Assembly: GCA_963666565.1 (NCBI GenBank)
Contig: OY762911.1
Location: 1,696,001-1,760,000 of the forward strand
Direction of reading: 5' to 3'
DNA from: Thermoanaerobaculia bacterium
GTDB lineage: Bacteria; Acidobacteriota; Thermoanaerobaculia; Multivoradales; Multivoraceae
DNA length: 64,000 nt
In this document: positions 47,358-57,417 of the stretch, in pieces
Numbering within the stretch: the stretch's first letter is position 1
Layout of the letters: every line of letters begins with the position of its first letter
The notes under the pieces: generated by a model
What the model saw: only the letters and a program-made list of their open reading frames with translations
Told to the model about the DNA's origin: nothing
The model's database searches: none
Translations under genes and position numbers: made by a program

Positions 47358-47395
47358 TTCAGTCGCCCTCCCTTCGCAGCCGTGACCGGCTCCGC

Positions 47396-50300
47396 TCAAC
47401 GTGCCGCCGCGCCGGCGGCGCAGGCCAACGCCTCCGTATCGACGATCGCCGGGGCCGGCTGCCCGGCGGCCGTGCCGTACCCCTTCGCGGCCCCGGTCAC
47501 CGCGTCCTCCACCCGCAGGTCGAGGCCCATGTCGGTCGCCGAGGCGGCGAACACCCAGTGGTGCCCGTTGATCGCGCAGCCGTCCAGCACCTTCACCAGC
47601 ACCTCCCAGTTCTCCGGGTCGAAGAACCAGAAGAGGCCAGACCTGTCCGTGCCAGCCCGCGCAACGCTACCTTCGTGCCGCTCCCCTTCCAACGTGGACG
47701 CCTCGATGGCCAACGAGAACCGGCCGTTCCCCAAGCACAGCGTCGTCGCGCCAGCCTCGCACCGTCCCGTCCCCTGATCCGCCGCCACGAGCCCGGGCAC
47801 GGGGGCTCCCGTCCCCGCCGCGAACCGGCGGGACGCCTTGCCACCGGGAGTTTCCCCGGACGGCGCCCCGGCCGTCGCGGCGGCGCCGCAGGGCAGGGAG
47901 AACGCCTCCGTGTCCACGATCGCCGGCGCCGGCCGGCCGGGTTCGTTCCAGTACGACCGCGAATCGCCGGTGACCGTGTCCTTCACCCGTATCCAGTAAC
48001 CCAGATCGGTCGTCGAAGCGCCAAGCACCCAGATCCGCCCGTTGATCGCGCAGCCGTCCAGCACCTTGATCAGCACCTCCCAGTTCTCCGGGTCGAAGAA
48101 ACGGAAAAGGCCCGAGTCCTTGGCGCCGGCGTCAACGGCCCGCCCGGCGCCGGATTCCCCGGCGGCACTCCGCCACTTCATCTTCACCTCAAAGCGCGAG
48201 TCCCGCAGGCAGAGCGTCTCCGCGTCCGCCTGGCATGAGCCCGCGGACGGCGCGGCGCCGAGAACGCCAGGCAGAGAGAAGCCGCGCTCGTTGTACGCGA
48301 ACACCGATATCTTGTGCAGCGGGTCATTCACGTAGTCGGATGAAATGACGGCCGTCCTCGTACCCGGAGGGACGAGCGCCACCCTGGTGCCCTCCCACTG
48401 AACTTCGAAGCCCAGTTCATCGTTGGAATTGTCCTTCCAACCCAGGGTTGTCCAGTGGACCCCGGATTCGACGACGTGAACATCCGAGGGCGCCTGGGGG
48501 CCCGCGCCGCGGGCCCCCAGGTTCAGATGCGCCCAGGATGGCAGGCTGGGACCGTACTCGTTGTCGGCATAGACTTCGAACCTGTAGCGACCGCCCCGGG
48601 CGAGGCCCTCGATGTCCACCGACTCGGCCTGCAGCGGCCAGATAGAGTGGCCCCAGCCCGCAAGACGGGCCCGGACCGTGTAACTGTCACTCTCCGGGTT
48701 GCCCGTCCAACTGACCCGTACCGTCGTCGGCCCGATGGCCGTAGCGGTGAGATCGGCGACGGGGCCCGGGGCGAGCGGGTGTGCCCGCCAGCGGAAAGGC
48801 GCCGATTCGCCGCTCAGGGAATGGGCGGTGCGGTGTGCAGCGAACACCCTCAATCGGTACTCGCGGTCCCGGGGCCGTACGTGTATGACTGCAAGAGAGG
48901 CGCTGGTGCGGTCGGCCGGCGCCCATTTTCGCGCCACCGGTTCGCCTTCCTCGAGCAGCAGCACCTCGAACCCGGTTTCGTTGTCCGAATTGTCGATCCA
49001 ATGGACATCCAGGGTTGTGTGAGAGAATTGCACGGTTACATCAGACGGTGGCGCGAGTGGCTCGCCGGGGATGACCAGGTAGACGTAGCTGCTCCGCAGA
49101 GACCGCTCTTCGCCCTTTGTCGCCAGCACGTGGCACCTGTACTGCGTGCCTGGTTCGCGGTAATCGAGAGGAATCGTCGTCTCGCTGCGGCCCTCGACCC
49201 GCAGGACGACATATGGAGGGCCGACACCAAGTCGGTAACACCACACCTCGTATCCGTCTGCATCCGGCGCGTTGCGTTGCCAGGAAAGGCGAGCGGCAGC
49301 GCCTTCGCGCCAGATCAGAAGGTCGCTCGGCGGTGCCGGAACTCCCTCCAGAGAACGCAGGTAGTCGCTGTACCGCGCGCCGATGTGGACGGTTTCCTGC
49401 AAGAGCCGCTCGTTGTCCCGCGCGCCCGCTATGCCGACCACCCCGCCCCAGGGCCTGATCCGCGGCGTGGAGTAGAACGGCTCGATCTGACCCAGGTAGC
49501 TCATTGCCGTCCCGATGGTCGGCATCGCGTCGTCGTTCCAGTGGCCAAAGGCGTACGGCCTGAACGCCGTGTCCGGCCGCGCCACGTTGACCGGATCGTG
49601 CTGAGCGCCCAGATTGTGGCCGACTTCGTGCGCGAAGGTGACCACATAGTCGCAGCCACCGTCATTCCGCGTCCAACTGTGGGCTGATACGTAGAAGTTC
49701 TGCGCCGTGTCGCCCTTCTGTAGCGCACCGGCCATGCCGCAGAACTGGAGTGCGCTTTCGCCCGTGAAGAGGTGAACCACATCCGCCCTGTATTCATGGC
49801 GCAGGCGCAACAGGTCTCCGTCCTCCCGGAGGAGGTTGGACAGGCCCTGCTTCGGGAGACGCAGGTCTCTTCTCGCCCGATCCAGAACGGCAGACGCCCG
49901 CGCAACATGCACGATGTGCGGCTCGACCGCGAGCTCGTTGTTCCGAAACACCATCTTCAGGTAGTCCCCGGCGTGGCGGATCGCCGCCTCGGGGCCGCCG
50001 ATGCCGGCCCAGTTCTCGGCCGCCGTCGCCGTGTACGCCACCAGGATGTCCAGCCGGTCGTGGCTCTGCGGGTTGCTGACTGGCTGGGGAGGATGGGCTG
50101 CATGGGCCCCCGCCCGGACATGGGCCGCGGCGTCGTGGGCGCCTTCCGGGACCGTCTCCACCCCGCAGAAGGGCACCCCCTCCGGCCGCGGACCGCCCAC
50201 CGGCGCCATGCCGCCCCGGCCGTCCGACGCCGCGTGGATCTGGTACGCCCCGCCGCCCGCCGCGCCGAACCGGCCCACCAGACGGCCGCCCTCCACCGTA

Positions 50301-50656
50301 AGCACCACCGTGTCGTATCCCGCGTCGGGATGGCCGCCCGACCACATCAGGTCGCCGCCGCCGCGATCCTCGAACACGCTCCGCTCCGCCGACAGGACGC
50401 TGCCGTCCGGCGTCGGCACCTCCAGCCAGGGCGGCGCGCTGCGCAGCAGGCCCAAGTCCACCTGCACGGCCGTCGGAACCGGCCCGATCGACGGGCCGGG
50501 ACCGTCAGCAGAGGACGCCTCCGCAACGCTCGGGACGAGCGTCAGCAGCCGTTGCGCCTGAGCCGCCGGAGCCGTCGCCAGCAGCAACGCCGCCGCCAGG
50601 CCGCACGGCGCCGCTGCACGTCGCAATCCGGCCAACACGGGAGGCAACGGACTCAT
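47396..50656 (-). CDS. Secreted M12/reprolysin-like zinc metallopeptidase with FN3 repeats and two C-terminal Cys-containing repeats
   Basis: Signal peptide; HEVGHNLGAQHD; Met-turn TAMSY; WxDNSxxExGF FN3 motifs; ATG 50656 overlaps the upstream stop. Confidence 0.88.
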   Translation of the reverse strand: MSPLPPVLAGLRRAAAPCGLAAALLLATAPAAQAQRLLTLVPSVAEASSADGPGPSIGPVPTAVQVDLGLLRSAPPWLEVPTPDGSVLSAERSVFEDRGGGDLMWSGGHPDAGYDTVVLTVEGGRLVGRFGAAGGGAYQIHAASDGRGGMAPVGGPRPEGVPFCGVETVPEGAHDAAAHVRAGAHAAHPPQPVSNPQSHDRLDILVAYTATAAENWAGIGGPEAAIRHAGDYLKMVFRNNELAVEPHIVHVARASAVLDRARRDLRLPKQGLSNLLREDGDLLRLRHEYRADVVHLFTGESALQFCGMAGALQKGDTAQNFYVSAHSWTRNDGGCDYVVTFAHEVGHNLGAQHDPVNVARPDTAFRPYAFGHWNDDAMPTIGTAMSYLGQIEPFYSTPRIRPWGGVVGIAGARDNERLLQETVHIGARYSDYLRSLEGVPAPPSDLLIWREGAAARLSWQRNAPDADGYEVWCYRLGVGPPYVVLRVEGRSETTIPLDYREPGTQYRCHVLATKGEERSLRSSYVYLVIPGEPLAPPSDVTVQFSHTTLDVHWIDNSDNETGFEVLLLEEGEPVARKWAPADRTSASLAVIHVRPRDREYRLRVFAAHRTAHSLSGESAPFRWRAHPLAPGPVADLTATAIGPTTVRVSWTGNPESDSYTVRARLAGWGHSIWPLQAESVDIEGLARGGRYRFEVYADNEYGPSLPSWAHLNLGARGAGPQAPSDVHVVESGVHWTTLGWKDNSNDELGFEVQWEGTRVALVPPGTRTAVISSDYVNDPLHKISVFAYNERGFSLPGVLGAAPSAGSCQADAETLCLRDSRFEVKMKWRSAAGESGAGRAVDAGAKDSGLFRFFDPENWEVLIKVLDGCAINGRIWVLGASTTDLGYWIRVKDTVTGDSRSYWNEPGRPAPAIVDTEAFSLPCGAAATAGAPSGETPGGKASRRFAAGTGAPVPGLVAADQGTGRCEAGATTLCLGNGRFSLAIEASTLEGERHEGSVARAGTDRSGLFWFFDPENWEVLVKVLDGCAINGHHWVFAASATDMGLDLRVEDAVTGAAKGYGTAAGQPAPAIVDTEALACAAGAAAR

Positions 50657-53600
50657 GCGTTGTCCCCGCCGCGCACCGCGCCGGCGGCGCAGGCCAGCGC
50701 CTCCGTGTCGACGATCGCCGGGGCCGGCTGCCCGGCGGTCGTGCGGTACGTCCGCATCCCCCCGGTCACCCCGTCCTCCACCCGCAGGTCGAGGCCCATG
50801 TCGGTCGCCGAAGCGGCGAACACCCAGTGGTGCCCGTTGATCGAGCAGCCGTCCAGCACCTTCACCAGCACCTCCCAGTTCTCCGGATCGAAGAAGTGGA
50901 ACAGGCCCGCCTTGTCCGTGCCCACCCGCGCGACGAGGCCTTCGTGCCGCTCTCCACCCGCCGTGGACGCCTCGATTCCCACCGCGAACCGCCCGCTCCC
51001 CAGACACAGCGTCGTTGCGCCGGCCTCGCACCGCTCCGTAGCCCGACCCGCCGCCACTTCGGGGACGGAGGCTCTTGCCCCCGCCGCGGGGCGCCTGGAT
51101 GCCTTGCCGCCAAGTGGCTTCGCGAACGGCGAACCGGTCGTCGCGACCGTGCCGCAGGGCAGGGGGAACGCCTCCGTATCCACGATCGCCGCCGCCGGCT
51201 GGCCGGGCTCGTTCCAGTAGGACCGAGAGTCGCCCATCAACGTGTCCTTCACGTCGATTCGGTACCAAAGATCGGTCGTCGAGGCGCCAAGCACCCACAT
51301 CCGGCCGTTGACCGAGCAGCCGTCCAGCACCTTGATCAGCACCTCCCAATTCTCCGGATCGAAGAAGAAAAAGAGGCCCGAGTCGTTCGTCCCCGCGGGA
51401 ACGACCCGCCCGGCACCGTACTCCCAGGCGGCGTTCCGCCACCTCATCTTTACCTCGAAGCGCGAGTCCCGCAGGCAGAGCGTCTCAGCGTCGGCCTCGC
51501 AGCGGCCGGCAGGAGACGCAGCGCCGAGTACGCCGGGCAGGGAGAAGCCGCGCTCGTTGTACGCAAACACCCTCAGCTCTGTTCGGCGGTTGACGAAGTC
51601 GCTTGAGATGACAGTCGTCGTCGTGTCCGGAGGGACGAGTGCCGACCTGGTACCCCCCCATTGAACTTCGAAGCCCAGTTCGTCGTTGGAGTTGTCCTTC
51701 CAACCCAAGGTCGTCCAGTGGACCCCGGATTCGACGACGTGAACCTCCGAGGGCGCCCGCGGGCCCGCACCGCGAGATCCCAAGGTCAGGTGGGCCAGGG
51801 AGGGCAAGCTCCGGCCGTACTCGTTGGCGGCATACACTCCAAACGTGTAACGGCCGCCGCGGGCCAAGCCTTCGATGTCGACCGACTCGCCATGCACGGG
51901 CCAAATCGTGTACCCCCAGCCCTCAAGACCGGCTCCGACCGAGTACTGGTCGCTTTCGCGGTTGCCGGTCCAACTGACCCTCGCCGTCGTCGGCCCGATG
52001 GCCGTGGCGGTGACATCCGTGACAGGTTCCGGAGCCAGCGGATGTCTGCGCCAACGAAAGGTCTCCGACTCGGCGCCCTCGGAACGGGCGGTGGGGTTAC
52101 TTGCGAACACCTTCACCCGGTAGTCGCGGTCCCGAGGCTGTACCTTCGAAGTCAGGAAGTCCCCCTCCGCCCCCACCCCCACCCACTCGCGCGCGATCGG
52201 CTCGTTGCCCTCCAGCAGCAACATCTCGAACCCGTGTTCGTTGTCCGAATTGTCCGCCCAACGGACCGTCAGGACAGAGTCGGACGGCTCCACGACCACG
52301 TCCGACGGCGCCGCGACAGGCTCGCCGGGGATGCTCAGGAAGGCGTAGCCGCTGCGCAGGGACCGCTCTTCGCCCTTCGTCGCCACCACCCAACACTGGT
52401 ACGTCGTGCCCGGTTCAGGGCGTTCCAGTGGGATCGTTGCCTCGTTGCGACCGTCGACCCGAAGGGTGGGGTCGTGACCGCCGAAGCACCTGACCTCGTA
52501 TCCGTCGGCTTCCGGCGCGTTGCCTTGCCAGGAGAGGCGCAGGAACTCGCCCTCGCGCCAGATCCGAAGGTCGCTCGGCGGCGCCGGCACTCCCTCCAGC
52601 GAACGCAGGTAGTCGCTGTAGCGCGCGCCGATGTGGACCGTTTCCTGCAACAGCCGCTCGTTGTCCCGCGCTCCCGCGAAGCCGACGACGGCGCCCCAGG
52701 GCCTGAACCGCGGCGTGGAGAAGAACGGCTCGATCTGACCCAGGTTGCTCACGGCCGTACCGATGCTGGGCATCACGTCGGTGTCTCCGTGGCCGAAGCC
52801 GTACGGCCTGAACGCGTTCTCCGGGAAACGCGTGCTGCCTGGATTGTGGTTGGCCCCCAGATTGTGGCCAATCTCGTGAACGAAGGTGACCACGTAGTCG
52901 CAGTAGCCGGCGTTGCTCGTCCAGGCGAAGGCGCCCGAGTGGAAATTCCGGGGCGTGGGCCCGTCGTAGAAGCCCCTGATCAACAGAAAGGCCCGGCCGC
53001 ACGGACCGACGAGGGCCGGGCCTTCGCCCGTGAAAAGATGCACCAGGTCCGCCCGGTGTTCGTGGCGCAGGCGCAACACGTCTCCATCGTCACGGAGCCC
53101 GTCCAACAGTCCTCGCCACGGGGAGCGTTGGTCTCGCGCTGCCCGGTCGAGAACGGCCGACGTCCGAAAGGCGTGGACGATGTGCGGCTCGACCGGCAGC
53201 TCGTTGTTCCGAAAGACCATCTTCAGGTAGTCGCCGGCGTGGCGGATCGCAGCCCCGGGGCCGCCGATGCCCGCCCAGTTCTCCGCCGCCGTCGCCGTGT
53301 ACGCCACCAGGATGTCCAGCCGGTCGTGGCTCTGCGGACTGCTCACCGGCACGGGAAGATCGGCTGCGTGGGACCCCGCCCGGGCATGGGCCGCGGCGTC
53401 GCGGGGGTGCTCCTCGATTGTCTCCACCTCGCAGAGCGGCACGCCCTCCGGCCGCGGACCGCCCACCGGCGCCATGCCGCCCCGGCCGTCCGAGGCAGCG
53501 TGGATCTGGTAGGCGCCTCCGCCCGCGGCCCCGAACCGGCCCACCAGACGGCCGCCCTCCACCGTCAACACCACCGTGTCGTACCCCGCGTCGGGGTGGC

Positions 53601-53880
53601 CGCCGGACCACATCAGGTCGCCGCCGCCGCGGTCCTCGAACACGCTCCGCTCCGCCGAGAGGACGCTGCCGTCGGGCGCCGGCACTTCCAGCCAGGGCGG
53701 CGCGCTGCGCAGCAGGCCCAAGTCCACCTCCACCGCCGTCGGAACCGGCCCGATCGCCGGTCCTGGATCGTCAGCAGAGGACGCCTCCGCAACGCTCGGG
53801 ACGAGTGTCAGCAGCCGTTGCGCCTGAGCCGCCGGAGCCGTCGCCAGCAGCAACGCCGCCGGCAAGGCGCACCGCAACAT
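50653..53880 (-). CDS. Paralogous secreted M12-like metallopeptidase with FN3 and C-terminal repeats
   Basis: Collinear with the downstream gene; HEIGHNLGANHN; Met-turn position reads TAVSN. Confidence 0.88.
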   Translation of the reverse strand: MLRCALPAALLLATAPAAQAQRLLTLVPSVAEASSADDPGPAIGPVPTAVEVDLGLLRSAPPWLEVPAPDGSVLSAERSVFEDRGGGDLMWSGGHPDAGYDTVVLTVEGGRLVGRFGAAGGGAYQIHAASDGRGGMAPVGGPRPEGVPLCEVETIEEHPRDAAAHARAGSHAADLPVPVSSPQSHDRLDILVAYTATAAENWAGIGGPGAAIRHAGDYLKMVFRNNELPVEPHIVHAFRTSAVLDRAARDQRSPWRGLLDGLRDDGDVLRLRHEHRADLVHLFTGEGPALVGPCGRAFLLIRGFYDGPTPRNFHSGAFAWTSNAGYCDYVVTFVHEIGHNLGANHNPGSTRFPENAFRPYGFGHGDTDVMPSIGTAVSNLGQIEPFFSTPRFRPWGAVVGFAGARDNERLLQETVHIGARYSDYLRSLEGVPAPPSDLRIWREGEFLRLSWQGNAPEADGYEVRCFGGHDPTLRVDGRNEATIPLERPEPGTTYQCWVVATKGEERSLRSGYAFLSIPGEPVAAPSDVVVEPSDSVLTVRWADNSDNEHGFEMLLLEGNEPIAREWVGVGAEGDFLTSKVQPRDRDYRVKVFASNPTARSEGAESETFRWRRHPLAPEPVTDVTATAIGPTTARVSWTGNRESDQYSVGAGLEGWGYTIWPVHGESVDIEGLARGGRYTFGVYAANEYGRSLPSLAHLTLGSRGAGPRAPSEVHVVESGVHWTTLGWKDNSNDELGFEVQWGGTRSALVPPDTTTTVISSDFVNRRTELRVFAYNERGFSLPGVLGAASPAGRCEADAETLCLRDSRFEVKMRWRNAAWEYGAGRVVPAGTNDSGLFFFFDPENWEVLIKVLDGCSVNGRMWVLGASTTDLWYRIDVKDTLMGDSRSYWNEPGQPAAAIVDTEAFPLPCGTVATTGSPFAKPLGGKASRRPAAGARASVPEVAAGRATERCEAGATTLCLGSGRFAVGIEASTAGGERHEGLVARVGTDKAGLFHFFDPENWEVLVKVLDGCSINGHHWVFAASATDMGLDLRVEDGVTGGMRTYRTTAGQPAPAIVDTEALACAAGAVRGGDNA

Positions 53881-54127
53881 TGTCTCTCGGACTCTGAAAG
53901 GCAGTGAACCGATGCAAGATCTCACGAAGTCACTAGAATAGCCCCATAACCGGGCCGCGCAACCCGCAAGCCCCGGAGCCTCGGGCCGCCAGGCCGATGC
54001 CGCCGTCCCACATGCTCGGCGATCCGAGGTGAAGCCTCGTTAGCATTGGCGCGGCCAAGAGGGCTGGCCCCGCGGGCGCTCGTCGGTCCGCGTACTCCTG
54101 AAGACTGACGCAGCACGAAACCGGGTG

Positions 54128-55981
54128 ATGTCCGACAGTCGGTCCGCGTGGCGATTTCGTCTTCTGGCGCTCCCGGCGCTCATGGTTGCCGTCTCCGCGA
54201 TCCTCGGTTGCGCGGCGGCGGACGAGGGCACTTCGGAGCCGCCGACAGCGCTGTCTGCGGCCGCGCCGGCTGTGGGCGGCGTGCGGTTCGTCGACGTGAC
54301 CGCCGAGACCGGCCTCGACTTCGTTCACGCGACCGGCTCGGCGGGGTCGTACCCGATGCCGGCGATCATGGGCGGCGGCGTCGCGGCGTTCGACGCCGAT
54401 GGCGACGGCCTGCTCGATCTCTACTTCCCGAACGCGGGCAGCAAGATCGCCGGCGAGGCGGGTCGTAATCGCTTCTACCGGCAGGGCCCGCGCGGCCGCT
54501 TCGCGGACGCGACGGCTGATTCCGGACTCGACAACCCGGGCTACGGCATGGGCGCCGCGGTCGGCGACATCGACAACGACGGCGACCTCGACCTCTACGT
54601 GACGAATCTGGGCGCCGACGTGTTCTACCGGAACGAGGGCGCAGGCCGCTTCGTCGACGCGACGGCGTCCTTCGGCGTCGCGACGCCCGGCTGGTCGACC
54701 TCGGCGGTGTTCTTCGACGCGGATCTCGACGGCTGGCTCGACCTCTACGTCGCCCGCTACGTCCAGTGGCACGAGGCGCGGGAGTGCCAAGTCCAGGGCG
54801 GGCGGGTGGACTACTGCGGTCCGCAGCAGTTCGAGGGCGAGGCGGACGTGTTCTACCGGAACGAGGGCGGCCGCCGCTTCGTCGACGGCAGCCGGGGCGC
54901 CGGCATCTCGCTGATCGAGGACGCCGGCCTGGGGGTCGCCGCGGCGGACCTGGACGAGGACGGACGGCCCGACGTCTACGTCGCCAACGACGCCGACCCG
55001 AACCAGCTCTGGATCAATCGGGGCGGCGCGGCGTTCGAGGATGACGCGGTGCTGCTCGGCGCGGCCTACAATCGGTTCGGGGTCGGCGAGGCGGGAATGG
55101 GCACAGCACTGGGCGACATCGACGGCGATCTGGACCTCGACCTGTTCCTGAGCCACCTGATCGAGGAGACGAACACGCTGTACGTGAACCTGGGCGGCGC
55201 GCCGGGAGCGCCGGAGGGCTTCGAGGACCGGGCGGCCGAGGCTGGCCTGGCGGCGCCGAGCACGCCCTACACGGGCTTCGGCGCGGCGTTCTTCGACGCC
55301 GACAACGACGGCGACCTGGACCTCGCCGTGGTCAACGGGGCGGTCAAGCGGCGCCCGGAGACACTCTCGGAGCGCGACGACTGGTTCTGGCGCGGCTACG
55401 CCGAGCCGAATCTGCTGATGCTGGGCGACGGCGCGGCCGTCTTCGCCGACGCGAGCGGCGCTTCGGGCGACTTCGGAACGGCGCTCGACGTGAGCCGCGG
55501 CCTGGTTCCCTTCGACCTGGAGGGCGACGGCGACCTGGACCTGCTGGTCAGCAACCTGGAGGGGCCGGCGCGAATCTACCGCAACGAGACGATCGCGGCG
55601 CCGGCCGCCGAAGGTCCCGCCGTGTCCGGCAGCGACGCGCCGCCGCTCCCCGGCGATCCCGCCGTGTTCAGCACCGAAGCGGCGTCCCCGCCAGCGAGGC
55701 AGGGCCGAGGCTGGGTGCGGCTTCACGTCGTCGATCCCGAACTGCGTCGGACCGCCATCGGCGCTTCGGTCGTCGCGTGGGTCGATGGGCGGCCGCTGCA
55801 CCGCCTCGTGCTGCCGCTCGGCGGCTATCTGACCGGCGGCGAGGCGCCGCTCCACATCGGTCTCCGCGACGCTGCCGGAGTGGAGCGCTTCGAGGTGACC
55901 TGGCCCGGCGGTGCGCTCGAGGAGTTCGACGGCGCCGCCAGCGGCAGCGAAGTGACCTTTCTCCGCGGAGAAGGCCGATGA
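54128..55981 (+). CDS. CRTAC1-like FG-GAP repeat / ASPIC-UnbV protein, possible lipoprotein
   Basis: Repeated DxDxDGxLDLY motifs, FVDVTAETGL, AGMG, SRG, C-terminal GGYL...LHIGL...VTWPGG; ILGC lipobox-like. Confidence 0.88.
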   Translation: MSDSRSAWRFRLLALPALMVAVSAILGCAAADEGTSEPPTALSAAAPAVGGVRFVDVTAETGLDFVHATGSAGSYPMPAIMGGGVAAFDADGDGLLDLYFPNAGSKIAGEAGRNRFYRQGPRGRFADATADSGLDNPGYGMGAAVGDIDNDGDLDLYVTNLGADVFYRNEGAGRFVDATASFGVATPGWSTSAVFFDADLDGWLDLYVARYVQWHEARECQVQGGRVDYCGPQQFEGEADVFYRNEGGRRFVDGSRGAGISLIEDAGLGVAAADLDEDGRPDVYVANDADPNQLWINRGGAAFEDDAVLLGAAYNRFGVGEAGMGTALGDIDGDLDLDLFLSHLIEETNTLYVNLGGAPGAPEGFEDRAAEAGLAAPSTPYTGFGAAFFDADNDGDLDLAVVNGAVKRRPETLSERDDWFWRGYAEPNLLMLGDGAAVFADASGASGDFGTALDVSRGLVPFDLEGDGDLDLLVSNLEGPARIYRNETIAAPAAEGPAVSGSDAPPLPGDPAVFSTEAASPPARQGRGWVRLHVVDPELRRTAIGASVVAWVDGRPLHRLVLPLGGYLTGGEAPLHIGLRDAAGVERFEVTWPGGALEEFDGAASGSEVTFLRGEGR

Positions 55982-57417
55982 GGGTGCGGGGAAAGGCGGC
56001 GCCGGCCACTGGCCGGCGCGTCTTTCTGGCCGTCTGCGGCGGCAGCGGGTCGGAAGACCCGCGCACCCAGCGACCGACCACTGGGTGCGCGGGTCCTCTG
56101 ACCCGCATCCGAAGCGGCATGGTCGCCTCGACTCTCCTCCTCCTTCCCGCCGTCACCCAAGCCACCCAACTCCCCACACCCGACCTCACCGCCGTCGAAC
56201 CCCGCGTACGCGCCGCCGTCGAGAAGGACCTCGCCACCGCAACCCGCGAACCCGACTCGGCCTCCACCTGGGGCCGCCTCGCCATGACCCTCCATGCCCA
56301 CCAGTTCGACGAGGAGGCCGCGGCCGCCTACGCCGAGGCCTCGCGCCTGGCCCCCGGCGACTTCCGCTGGATCTACCTGCGCGCCAACGTGGAAGAGGCG
56401 CGCGATCCAACCGCGGCGGCGGCGCTGTATCGCCGGGCCGTCGAACTCGACCCCGCGTACGCGCCGGCCCGCATCCGGCTCGCTTCCGCCCTGGAGAAGA
56501 TCGACCTCGCCGCCGGCGCGGACGAGCATTACCGGGAAGCCGCGCGTCTCGAACCCGACAACGCGGTGGCGCACCTCGGCCTCGGCCGGCTGGCCCTCGC
56601 ACACGGCGAGGTCGACGAGGCCATCCGCCACCTCGAACGGGCCTACGAGCTGAGCCCCGAGACCCAGGCCGTCGTCGCCATGCTGTCGCGCGCCCGGCAC
56701 CGGTCGGGCGACCGCGCGGGGGCCAGACGGCTTGCCCAGGCGGCGCGTGGCCTGCCGCCGCTGCTCCACCAGCGCGACCCGCGGCGCGCCCAAGTCGACC
56801 TGCTTGCCGTGGACTCGGAGAGCTTCCTGCGCCGGAGCAAGACCTACCGCGAGACGGGTCAGTTGCAGGCTTCGCTCGGAGAACTGCGGCGGCTGATCGA
56901 ACTGGAACCCGGCAACGCCCAGGCGCACTTCGCGGCGGCCGGCGTGTACGACCGGATGAACCGGCCGCGGGAGGCGGCCGCGTCGGCGCGGCGCGCTCTC
57001 GAACTCGATGCCGAACTGGCGGGCGGACGGGCCGTGCTGGCGGGCGCGCTGTTCAAGCTCGGACAGTTCGGGGAGGCGGCCGCCGAAGCCGAGCGGGTCC
57101 TCGCCGAGGACCCGGCCGACATCCACATGTTGCTCGTCACCACCATGCTGGCGATGCGGGAGAACGACGTGGCGCGGGCTCTTGAGCGGCTCGACCGAGC
57201 GGCCGGGGCCGGCGCCTCGGATGCCCGGATGCGGGATCTGATGGTGCAACTCCAGCTCGAACTGGCCGATGCCCTGGGCGGCGCCGGCTTCTACGACGAC
57301 GCGGCGCGCCGGATAGAGCAGGTGGTCGAGACGCTGGAACGCGCCGGCGCGGCGGAGGCGGAGCTGCAGCCGCACCGCCGCCGGCTTGCCCTGTATCGCG
57401 AGAGGGCACGCGGATGA
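55978..57417 (+). CDS. Tetratricopeptide-repeat protein (alternative start 56119)
   Basis: TPR patterns AVELDP, ARLEPDN..AHLGLG, IELEPGN; ATGA overlap with the CRTAC1-like gene. Confidence 0.8.
   Translation: MRVRGKAAPATGRRVFLAVCGGSGSEDPRTQRPTTGCAGPLTRIRSGMVASTLLLLPAVTQATQLPTPDLTAVEPRVRAAVEKDLATATREPDSASTWGRLAMTLHAHQFDEEAAAAYAEASRLAPGDFRWIYLRANVEEARDPTAAAALYRRAVELDPAYAPARIRLASALEKIDLAAGADEHYREAARLEPDNAVAHLGLGRLALAHGEVDEAIRHLERAYELSPETQAVVAMLSRARHRSGDRAGARRLAQAARGLPPLLHQRDPRRAQVDLLAVDSESFLRRSKTYRETGQLQASLGELRRLIELEPGNAQAHFAAAGVYDRMNRPREAAASARRALELDAELAGGRAVLAGALFKLGQFGEAAAEAERVLAEDPADIHMLLVTTMLAMRENDVARALERLDRAAGAGASDARMRDLMVQLQLELADALGGAGFYDDAARRIEQVVETLERAGAAEAELQPHRRRLALYRERARG
56045..56110. 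repeat. Inverted REP-like doublet (REPIN-like)
   Basis: GCGGGTCGGAAGACCCGCGCACCCAG-N10-CTGGGTGCGCGGGTCCTCTGACCCGC. Confidence 0.85.

Noticed and set aside
47396-53880. Duplicated peptidase segments as a diversity-generating retroelement
   Set aside because: No reverse transcriptase in the window, and differences are not confined to adenines.
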